NCBI GenBank assembly: GCA_052389415.1
Contig: JBQTHX010000036.1
Span: 1-18,088, forward strand
DNA: 18,088 nt
From: Nitrosopumilaceae archaeon
GTDB lineage: Archaea; Thermoproteota; Nitrososphaeria; Nitrososphaerales; Nitrosopumilaceae
Reading direction: 5' to 3'
Part shown: positions 6,716-14,292 of the stretch, in pieces
How the letters are laid out: each line of letters begins with the position of its first letter
How positions within the stretch are numbered: the stretch's first letter is position 1
Notes under the pieces: model-generated
Told to the model about the DNA's origin: nothing
What the model saw: the letters and a program-made list of their open reading frames with translations, nothing else
Database searches by the model: none
Made by a program: the position numbers and the translations under genes

Positions 6716-9217
6716 ATGTTGAATATAGCAAGAGTCAGCTCGGCATTAAAGGCAGTTGACCTCAAACAAATACCTCCTCCACTAATTATTGGAGAAAGAT
6801 TAAACACTCAAGGATCAAAAAAGGCAAAACAATTCGTTCTTGCTGATAACTTTGAAGAATTACTGAATCTGGCTAGAAATCAAGTAGATGATGGTGCACA
6901 CTGTTTAGATGTGTGTGTAGCTACGACCGAACGTTCAGATGAATTAGAGTTCATGAAAAAACTTGTAAAATATCTGAGTCTAGAAATCGAGGCACCTCTT
7001 GTAATCGACTCTACTGATCCTAAAGTAATTGAAGCAGCATTAGAACAAATTCCTGGAAGACCAATAATCAATTCAATAAATCTAGAAGGCGATGGAAGTC
7101 GATTTCATTCACTAGCTCCTCTTATGAAAAAGTATGGTGTTCCGGCAATAGCTATGTGTATAGGTCCAAAGGGTATGGCAAAGACTCCTCAAGAAAAACT
7201 GCAGACAGCTGAACTACTTTATGAAACTGGGAAAAAATATGATCTAAAACCAGAACAGTTTATTTTTGACGTCTTGACTTTTACACTTGCCACAGGAGAA
7301 TCAGAATTTCAAGATGCTGCAAAAAACACTCTAGAAGGAATTAAACTAGTAAAACAACAATTTCCACATTCCTTTACTACGCTTGGTTTAAGTAATATTA
7401 GTTTTGGATTAGCGCCTCAAGCTCGTAAGACACTAAATGCCGTCTTTTTGTATCATGCAGTAAAAAATGGATTGGATACCGTAATAATTAATGCAAAAGA
7501 TGTTATTCCATATTCAGAAATCAATGAGCAAGAAAGAAAACTTGCAGAAGATTTAATCTTTAATGTACATTCTAATGCCCTTTCAGATTTTATAGCACAT
7601 TTTGAAAAGAAAAAATCTATTGCATCTGAAACACGACGCATAGAAATAGATCCAACTTGGACTGCAGGAAAAAAATGTTATTTTAGAATAGTCAATCGAT
7701 TAAAAGATGGAATTGAAAATGATGTTGTAACTGCCATTGCGGAAAAAATCTCCCTAACAAATTCATTAATTGAAAAAAACGGTGTACTGGTTTTGCAGGA
7801 ACCAAAAGAGAAGACGCATGAAGGTGCAATAAAAACTCTTAATGACGATTTACTTCCTGCCATGAAAGAAGTTGGTGATAGGTTTGGGGCAGGTGAGCTC
7901 ATCTTGCCTTTTGTTTTAAAGTCTGCCGAATGTATGAAGGCAGCAGTTAATGAACTTGAAAAATATCTCTTAAAACAAGAAGGTACAAGCAAAGGAAAAC
8001 TAGTTTTAGGAACAGTTTATGGCGATGTTCATGACATAGGAAAGAATCTAGTCAAAACTATTTTTGAAAATAACGGTTATTCTGTTTATGATTTAGGGAA
8101 ACAAGTCCCATTAGAAAAATTCTTGGAAAAAATTAATGAAGTAAGACCAGATGCAGTAGGTCTATCCGCCCTTCTTGTATCTACGTCTAAACAGATGCAG
8201 TATTTTGTAGACCATGCAAGAAAAAACAAGATGGAGTTGCCAATCCTGTGCGGAGGTGCTGCCATTAATAGTAATTACATAAATAGAATAGCTAAAGATA
8301 GTGAAATCTACACTCCGGGTGTATTCTATTGCAAAAATATGTTTGATGGGTTGAAAACAATGGATACACTAGTTTCTGGCGAAAAATCAAAATTTCTTCA
8401 AGAATGGAAATTAAAACTGGAAAAGTGGAAGGAAACAAGAATTACGACAGAGATATCTGAAAATCTACCTCACAGTGGAATAAAACCAGTGCCACCGCCA
8501 ATGCCTCCTTGTATTAACAAACCAATCAGACTAGAACCAAATCAAATTGATCTTCACACAGTTTGGAAATTTATCAACAAAAAATCACTTTTTACATTGT
8601 CATGGGGAGTACGTGGAAATAAAGCTAAAGATTCAGAAGAAGAACATGAAAAATTGTTACAAGAATGGAAGCAAAGAATAGTTAAGAAGAGTCTCTTTGA
8701 ACCAAGAGTTGTTTATGGTTATTTCAAATGCAGCAACAAAGAAGACAAACTCGTAGTAGATTATGATGCTGGAGAAGAACTGTCATTTAATTTTCCAAGA
8801 TCATCGAGGGAAAAGCATCTGTGTCTTACAGATTATTTTGGCAGTGATGACATTGTAGCGTTTCAGGTAGTAACTGTTGGAACCAAAGTCTCTGAACTCA
8901 TAGAAAGATGGAACAAAGAAGAAAAATACACAGATGCGTATTACCTACATGGATTAGCGGTTGAAACCGCAGAAGCCTTGGCAGAGTGGGTAAATCAGAA
9001 GATAAGAAATGAGCTAAAGATTGGAGAAAAACGTGGCTTGCGATACAGTTGGGGGTATCCTAGTTGCCCAGACGTAGCACAACATCATTTGGTTTGGAAA
9101 TTATTAAAACCAGAAAAATCTCAAATTACGCTAACAGAGGCAGGCCAAATTGTTCCAGAACAATCAACTGCTGCAATCATTGTTCACCATCCAGAAGCAG
9201 AGTATTTTGTATTATGA
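6716..9217 (+). CDS. metH: Cobalamin-dependent methionine synthase, pterin-binding + cap/B12-binding + reactivation modules (split gene, part 2)
   Basis: IIGERLN, IDST, INSIN, GLSNISFG; B12 motif GDVHDIGKNLV...GLSALL...GGAA; AdoMet domain RYSWGYPSCPD, PEQSTAA, HHPEAEYF. Confidence 0.96.
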   Translation: MLNIARVSSALKAVDLKQIPPPLIIGERLNTQGSKKAKQFVLADNFEELLNLARNQVDDGAHCLDVCVATTERSDELEFMKKLVKYLSLEIEAPLVIDSTDPKVIEAALEQIPGRPIINSINLEGDGSRFHSLAPLMKKYGVPAIAMCIGPKGMAKTPQEKLQTAELLYETGKKYDLKPEQFIFDVLTFTLATGESEFQDAAKNTLEGIKLVKQQFPHSFTTLGLSNISFGLAPQARKTLNAVFLYHAVKNGLDTVIINAKDVIPYSEINEQERKLAEDLIFNVHSNALSDFIAHFEKKKSIASETRRIEIDPTWTAGKKCYFRIVNRLKDGIENDVVTAIAEKISLTNSLIEKNGVLVLQEPKEKTHEGAIKTLNDDLLPAMKEVGDRFGAGELILPFVLKSAECMKAAVNELEKYLLKQEGTSKGKLVLGTVYGDVHDIGKNLVKTIFENNGYSVYDLGKQVPLEKFLEKINEVRPDAVGLSALLVSTSKQMQYFVDHARKNKMELPILCGGAAINSNYINRIAKDSEIYTPGVFYCKNMFDGLKTMDTLVSGEKSKFLQEWKLKLEKWKETRITTEISENLPHSGIKPVPPPMPPCINKPIRLEPNQIDLHTVWKFINKKSLFTLSWGVRGNKAKDSEEEHEKLLQEWKQRIVKKSLFEPRVVYGYFKCSNKEDKLVVDYDAGEELSFNFPRSSREKHLCLTDYFGSDDIVAFQVVTVGTKVSELIERWNKEEKYTDAYYLHGLAVETAEALAEWVNQKIRNELKIGEKRGLRYSWGYPSCPDVAQHHLVWKLLKPEKSQITLTEAGQIVPEQSTAAIIVHHPEAEYFVL

Positions 9218-9261
9218 TAATAAACGATAACAATCAATAGTAATTTCAGCTTAACAAATAC

Positions 9262-9804
9262 ATGGACCCAGAAAAACTAAAAAAGATACTATCCACCGAG
9301 GTCGTACCTGAAGCTAAATTTGATGGAAAAACAAAGCTTGCCGCAGTAATGATAATGATTTATGGTGTCGATCAAAAAATGATAATGACTGAACGACCAA
9401 AATCAATGAACTTGCATGCAGGGGAAATCTCATTCCCTGGTGGAACATGGAAAGAAGATGATTATGATCTTCTTGATACAGCTATACGGGAAACAAAAGA
9501 AGAGATTGGTCTTGATATTTCAAGAGAAGGAGTAATTGGCCAACTAAAATCTGTTACAACACTAAATTCTGGATTTACAATCACACCTTTTATCTCAATT
9601 ACACCAAATATTCCAAAACTCAAACCAAACTCAGAAATTGAAAACATCTTACATATTCCTATGTTTTCACTCTTTACAACAATTGAAAAAGACCAAGACC
9701 CAACACACAGATCAATCCAAGAAATGTATACTTTTAGATATCAAGATAACCTCATCTGGGGAGCTTCTGCAAGAATAATAAAACAAATGATGACTCTATT
9801 TTGA
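9262..9804 (+). CDS. Nudix hydrolase, CoA pyrophosphatase (NudL/PCD1-like)
   Basis: NuCoA motif TERPKSMNLHAGEISFPGG, Nudix box TAIRETKEEIG, C-terminal IWGASARI. Confidence 0.9.
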   Translation: MDPEKLKKILSTEVVPEAKFDGKTKLAAVMIMIYGVDQKMIMTERPKSMNLHAGEISFPGGTWKEDDYDLLDTAIRETKEEIGLDISREGVIGQLKSVTTLNSGFTITPFISITPNIPKLKPNSEIENILHIPMFSLFTTIEKDQDPTHRSIQEMYTFRYQDNLIWGASARIIKQMMTLF

Positions 9805-9846
9805 AAGGAAATTCTAAATTTGTATCACGTGACAGATTGAGATTCA

Positions 9847-9854
9847 TTTAAAAA
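9847..9854 (+). promoter_or_regulatory. TATA box of rpl39e-rpl31e
   Basis: TTTAAAAA at -31 to -24 from ATG 9878. Confidence 0.6.
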
Positions 9855-9877
9855 GAGGTCAGGTTTCTCCAAGTTTC

Positions 9878-10036
9878 ATGGCTGCTCACAAATCGACTCC
9901 AAGGAAGATAAGATTGATGAAAAAACTAAAACAAAACTCATCTGTTCCAGCGTGGGTTATACTAAAGACAAAAAGGACAGTACGAACAAATCCAAAGAGA
10001 AGACAGTGGCGAAGAACTGACGTGAGGGTTGGATAA
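9878..10036 (+). CDS. rpl39e: 50S ribosomal protein eL39 (52 aa)
   Basis: Hand translation [52 protein letters not shown]; KQN..VP.WV..KT and N.KRR.WRR motifs; directly precedes rpl31e as in the conserved archaeal operon. Too short for the ORF track. Confidence 0.97.
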   Translation: MAAHKSTPRKIRLMKKLKQNSSVPAWVILKTKRTVRTNPKRRQWRRTDVRVG

Positions 10037-10037
10037 T

Positions 10038-10493
10038 TTGTCCGAAGAAACAGTTGAACGCGTATATACAATAAATCTTGGCAAAGTTCTTCTTTCTCCA
10101 AATAACCAGAGAGCCAAGAGAGCAATCAATATGATAAGGGAATTTGCAATACGCCACATGAAATCTGAAATCGTAAAGATGGAAGAAGATGTTAGTCATC
10201 TAGTTTGGCAAAGAGGAATACGACATCCTCCTAGAAAAATTCGTGTCAAACTGACCAAAGATGACGATGGCGCAATCTTGATCTCAAAATATCAAGAAGA
10301 AAAACCAGCAGAAAAAATTGAAGCAAAATTAGAGGAACCAAAGCCAGCCCAATCTGAACCCGTGACAGAAAAGGAATCAGAAACAAAAAAAGAACCTAAA
10401 CAAAAACAAGATAAGCCAAAAAAAGAAACCAAGTCTGAAAAGAATAAGGAAAAAACTAAAACAAAATCAGACTCGAAACGAAAGAAAAAATAA
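10038..10493 (+). CDS. rpl31e: 50S ribosomal protein eL31 with long charged C-terminal extension
   Basis: ERVYTINL, RAKRAI..IREFAIRHMK, VWQRGIRHPPRKIRV. Start placed at TTG 10038, 1 nt after the rpl39e stop; the track's TTG 10029 overlaps rpl39e. Confidence 0.94.
   Translation: MSEETVERVYTINLGKVLLSPNNQRAKRAINMIREFAIRHMKSEIVKMEEDVSHLVWQRGIRHPPRKIRVKLTKDDDGAILISKYQEEKPAEKIEAKLEEPKPAQSEPVTEKESETKKEPKQKQDKPKKETKSEKNKEKTKTKSDSKRKKK
10481..10490 (-). terminator. Putative oligo-T terminator for ftsZ-like transcript
   Basis: Minus strand TTTTTTCTTT 7 nt beyond the ftsZ stop, formed by the terminal Lys codons of rpl31e. Confidence 0.4.
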
Positions 10494-10496
10494 ATT

Positions 10497-11450
10497 TTAT
10501 TCTATTTGTGTTAATTGAAGATCCAATTTTATGCTGCAATCCGGATCACTCCAATCCAAAGTATTCTGTATAGGAATGACTCCCAATGGATCATATTTGT
10601 CAAATCTTGTTTCTCCTTCAATTGATGTAAGTAGAATTACTTTGGAATTTTCTGAAGCAACAACTGAGAGACTTACACGTGTACTGTCGTCATTAAAAAT
10701 TCCACTTACTGTATTGACCATCGAGTTCAATATGCCTACAGAAACTTTGTTTCCTCCCATTACATACAACATTGTACTTTTTACACTGTTGGGAGGTGCG
10801 TCTCCATACAACATCTTTATGGAATCCCTAAGTGAAGTTTGAACATCAGGCATGTCTTTGCTAGTTGAGAGGATGTTGGTGTTGCAAGGAACAGATGACG
10901 ATTTTAGAGAAGAAATTACCTCAAGCAATGCTGAATTTGCTATTCTATTACATAAATCTGGAGTAAGATCAGGATTACTATCAAGAAGTGCATCGTTATC
11001 TACTATTACTGTACAGTCAGAATTTGTTTTTAATCTCTTTAAGGAAACACCAGAAAAGAAAATTCTATCCTTTTCAAACTTGAAAGGCATTATTCCAAAT
11101 GAGAGTATGTTCTTTCCAAGTTCTTTTCCTACCTTGGAAACTATAGGAGCCAAAGCTGCACCTGATTTCCCAGCAAGATTTGCAATAATTAGCACTGTAG
11201 AATAATTAGCTAGTCTATCTTTGAGGCTATCTAAAACACCTAGAGAGACTCCCCTTATCAGATATGAAGATGGATTAAGAACTGGAGTGGTATTTATCAT
11301 TATTCTAGAACAATCATGTTCAAGATCCTTTGCCTCATGACTAATCAAAAGACAATCAGATTTTAGCTGTTCTTTGGCTTTAATTGCTAGTCTACAACCA
11401 GCTCCGCCAAGTCCAACTATCAATACTGGTTCTTTCATTTCAAAATCCAT
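10497..11450 (-). CDS. ftsZ: Divergent FtsZ/tubulin-like protein (thaumarchaeal type)
   Basis: IVGLGGAG (T1 loop), MPFKFE and IVDNDAL motifs; the tubulin signature is altered to NLAGKSG. Start placed at ATG 11450 (AAAAGGAG just upstream, TTTTAA at about -25 to -30) rather than 11471. Confidence 0.85.
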   Translation of the reverse strand: MDFEMKEPVLIVGLGGAGCRLAIKAKEQLKSDCLLISHEAKDLEHDCSRIMINTTPVLNPSSYLIRGVSLGVLDSLKDRLANYSTVLIIANLAGKSGAALAPIVSKVGKELGKNILSFGIMPFKFEKDRIFFSGVSLKRLKTNSDCTVIVDNDALLDSNPDLTPDLCNRIANSALLEVISSLKSSSVPCNTNILSTSKDMPDVQTSLRDSIKMLYGDAPPNSVKSTMLYVMGGNKVSVGILNSMVNTVSGIFNDDSTRVSLSVVASENSKVILLTSIEGETRFDKYDPLGVIPIQNTLDWSDPDCSIKLDLQLTQIE

Positions 11451-11471
11451 AACTCCTTTTGCTTCCCGCAT

Positions 11472-11539
11472 AAGTTAAAAAACTTTGTTGATTAGTTTTG
11501 ATCCTATGTTGGATCTAAAAACTTTTAGCTCAAAGTTTT
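11472..11539 (-). promoter_or_regulatory. ftsZ upstream region with TATA and repeated AAAGTTTT motifs/imperfect inverted repeats
   Basis: AAAACTTT at 11479-11486 and 11518-11525, its complement at 11532-11539; hairpin AGTTTT-GATCC-N6-GGATC-TA-AAAACT at 11494-11523. Confidence 0.4.
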
Positions 11540-12793
11540 ACCAAGTAAGCCATTCTGTGTGGCATTGATTATCTCCACTTGAATTTTTTCTCCTAGACTT
11601 GACTTTTCATTGATAACTACTGGTTTGTAGGCAAAATTTCTACCTTTTATTTTTCCGTCGGAGATCTCATCAAACAATACCTGTCCCTTCCAGCCTATCC
11701 ATTCTTTGTTTCTCTCATATGAGATCTTTTTTGCCATCTCAAACACAATCTTACTTCGTCTTTTTACCTCAGACACGTCTAATTGTTTCATTTTGGCTGC
11801 TTTGGTGCCTGGTCTGGCACTATATCTAGAGAGGTTTATCACATCAGGGTTGACCTCATTTATCAATTCTATTGTTTGTTGAAAATCTGCCTCACTTTCG
11901 GTAGGAAATCCAACTATGATATCCGTAGAAATCGTAAACTTGCCAAACTTTTTTTGAAATTTTTCAGCTGTATCTCTAAAAACATTGGCTGTGTGACCAC
12001 GCTTCATCTCCTTTAGAATTCTGTTGCTGCCACTTTGTACTGGAATATGAAGAAACTTGAAGACTCTATCACTTTCAAAAGCTTCCAATAGACCTTCTCG
12101 AATCTTTGGCATGTACATTGGATTCATCATGCCTACTCTAATCATAAAGTCTTGATTTATCTCACCTACAGAGGTTACAAGTTCTGCCAAGTCAGTTCCT
12201 ATGTCAAGACCATAACAGCCATTATCCGTAGATGAAAGCCAGATCTCTTTGCATCCATCCTCTATATCATGTCTTACTTGCCTTACAATATCGCCTATTC
12301 GGTAGCTTGTCAAGTCACCTTTAGATAGTTTTGTCTGGCAAAAGGTGCATTCGCTCTTGCATCCGCTTGCAATCTCTATTATTCCTACTGCGGGATTTAG
12401 TCTTACCTTTGGCAACCCTACCTTGGATATGTCAGAATCTTCAAGCTCGATTCTTTTTTTACCCTTTAAGGTGAAATCAATTACATTCAGAGTCTTTCCA
12501 ATAGAGTTTGGTCCAAGCATGCTTGCACGTGGACCGAATTTTTCTACGGTTGAACTCTCTGCTTTTGGTAAACATCCTGCAACGACAAGCGGTTTTGAAT
12601 TCAATTTTTTTATTCGACTTACCATCTTGTCTGCAGTAGCATCCTTTACAGAACAAGTGACAATCAAGTTCAAATCGGAATCATCTTTATTTTGAGCTAG
12701 AGTGTGGCCGCCATTAACTATAAGGCCCGAAATCATCTCAGAGTCTGCAAAACTTGCAGAACAGCCATAAGCTTCTACCCAGATCTTTGCCAT
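11525..12793 (-). CDS. Radical-SAM tRNA methylthiotransferase, archaeal MiaB-like/e-MtaB (CDKAL1) type (ms2t6A37)
   Basis: UPF0004 cysteines YGC, VTCSVK and AGC; CxxxCxxC (CKSECTFC); RVGMMNP, HIPVQSGS, TDIIVGFPTE, YSARPGT; C-terminal TRAM domain. Confidence 0.92.
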   Translation of the reverse strand: MAKIWVEAYGCSASFADSEMISGLIVNGGHTLAQNKDDSDLNLIVTCSVKDATADKMVSRIKKLNSKPLVVAGCLPKAESSTVEKFGPRASMLGPNSIGKTLNVIDFTLKGKKRIELEDSDISKVGLPKVRLNPAVGIIEIASGCKSECTFCQTKLSKGDLTSYRIGDIVRQVRHDIEDGCKEIWLSSTDNGCYGLDIGTDLAELVTSVGEINQDFMIRVGMMNPMYMPKIREGLLEAFESDRVFKFLHIPVQSGSNRILKEMKRGHTANVFRDTAEKFQKKFGKFTISTDIIVGFPTESEADFQQTIELINEVNPDVINLSRYSARPGTKAAKMKQLDVSEVKRRSKIVFEMAKKISYERNKEWIGWKGQVLFDEISDGKIKGRNFAYKPVVINEKSSLGEKIQVEIINATQNGLLGKTLS

Positions 12794-12794
12794 C

Positions 12795-14156
12795 TCATCT
12801 CAATAAGGAATTTACTTCTTTTTCACTCATCAATCCTTTGGAGACTACAAGCTGTCTGATTGTTTTACCGGTCTTCAAAGACTCTTTATACAGCTCGGCA
12901 GATTTTTGGTAGCCAATCTTTGGTGAAAGCAGTGTTACAATGACGGGGCTGTTTTCAATGTATTGTTGAAGCTTTTGTTTATTCGCAGACAAACCATCGA
13001 TTAGGTTATGTGAAAAAATCGGAACAAAGTTTCTTAACATGTCTGTAGATTCTAAAACAGCTTTTAGCATGACCGGCAGCATAACATTGAGCTCAAACTG
13101 TCCAGCTTGTGCAGCAAGTCCAACCACAGTATCATTGCCTATTATGTTAAAACAGATCATGTTCATACACTCTGCAAGCGAAGGGTTCACCTTGCCTGGC
13201 ATAATGGAAGAACCTGCATGAACTGCGGGTATGCCAATTTCAGAAAGACCCGCAATGGGACCAGATGCCATCAATCTAATGTCATTTGAAATTTTGCCAA
13301 GCTCGACTGCTAAATTTCTAAGGGAAGAGGAAAGATTTGCTATTGCAAACCGACTTTGTAGTGAATACTGCATGTCCTGTTGTGGTTTTAGTGAAAGTTT
13401 TGAAATCTTTCCCAATTCTGAGATTGCAATACTTCTGTAACCTTTTGGAGTATTTGCCCCAGTGCCTACTGCAGTTCCACCCAAGGCAACAAACTCTAGC
13501 TCTTTTCTAGCAAGTACTATCGCATCGCGAGCTTTCGCAATTGATGTAGAATATGCGGCAAATTCTTTTCCAAGACTGACAGGAAGAGCATCCATCAGAT
13601 GAGTTCTCCCGATTTTTTGGAAACCGGAAAATTCTCTGGCTTTATTGTTTAATGATCTTATAAGATCATCAAGAACTGGAATTACCTGTTTTATGTTAAA
13701 TAAGATAGAAATATGCATTGCTGTTGGAAATGTGTCATTACTTGATTGTGACATGTTGACATGATCATTTGGATGAAGAGATTCATAATTTCCCTTCTTT
13801 TTTCCCAGAATCTCAAGAGCAATGTTTGCGATTACTTCATTTACATTCATGTTAAATGCAGTCCCTGCTCCAGAGTTTATGGATTCGACAACAAACTGAT
13901 CAAGATGTTTTCCTGACAGAACAACATCACATGCTTTTACAATTGCATTTCCACGTTTTTTGTCAAGTGATGCAGTTCTCATGTTTGCAACTGCAGCTGA
14001 TCTTTTAATCATAACAAAGGCCATTATAAGATAAAGATGTGATCGATGACCTGTGACTTTGTACTGTTGAATTGCTCTGGCAGTAAATGCTCCATAATAT
14101 ACATCATCAGGAATTTTTACTTGACCTAGGGAATCTTGATCTATCCTAAACTTCAC
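12795..14156 (-). CDS. Class II fumarate hydratase / aspartate ammonia-lyase family enzyme
   Basis: Signature GSSIMPGKVNP, HPNDHVNMSQSSNDTFPTA, KIGRTHLMDA, GGTAVGTG. Start placed at GTG 14156 (MKFRIDQDSLGQV), where the family R..DSLG motif begins; the track's extra 29 codons run through the promoter region. Confidence 0.9.
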   Translation of the reverse strand: MKFRIDQDSLGQVKIPDDVYYGAFTARAIQQYKVTGHRSHLYLIMAFVMIKRSAAVANMRTASLDKKRGNAIVKACDVVLSGKHLDQFVVESINSGAGTAFNMNVNEVIANIALEILGKKKGNYESLHPNDHVNMSQSSNDTFPTAMHISILFNIKQVIPVLDDLIRSLNNKAREFSGFQKIGRTHLMDALPVSLGKEFAAYSTSIAKARDAIVLARKELEFVALGGTAVGTGANTPKGYRSIAISELGKISKLSLKPQQDMQYSLQSRFAIANLSSSLRNLAVELGKISNDIRLMASGPIAGLSEIGIPAVHAGSSIMPGKVNPSLAECMNMICFNIIGNDTVVGLAAQAGQFELNVMLPVMLKAVLESTDMLRNFVPIFSHNLIDGLSANKQKLQQYIENSPVIVTLLSPKIGYQKSAELYKESLKTGKTIRQLVVSKGLMSEKEVNSLLR

Positions 14157-14205
14157 AGGCAAGCTAGACTTGGTTTTCCTAATATTCATTGCTTTTAAGA
14201 AAGAA

Positions 14206-14292
14206 ATCTGCAAAACATTTTGCAAAATCTGGCAGATCTCCAAGTCTTATAGCAGTAGATTAATATACTAATAATAGATCGATTGGATCGAT
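14206..14292 (+). promoter_or_regulatory. nirK promoter region: upstream palindrome, TATA box and start-overlapping dyad
   Basis: TGCAAAA-CA-TTTTGCA (14209-14224); TTAATATA (14260-14267, -31 to -24); ATCGAT-TGG-ATCGAT (14278-14292). Confidence 0.55.

Noticed and set aside
9825-9832. Palindrome TCACGTGA upstream of the rpl39e TATA box.
   Set aside because: An 8-bp palindrome alone is expected by chance in 18 kb, and similar CACGTG words occur inside coding regions.
9886-10199. Three overlapping minus-strand ORFs (79, 80 and 65 aa).
   Set aside because: They are antisense shadows of rpl39e/rpl31e, which are unambiguous on the + strand.
14157-14243. 29-codon N-terminal extension of the fumarase/aspartase in the ORF track.
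   Set aside because: No family similarity before the GTG at 14156, and the stretch contains promoter-like and palindromic elements of the divergent intergenic region.
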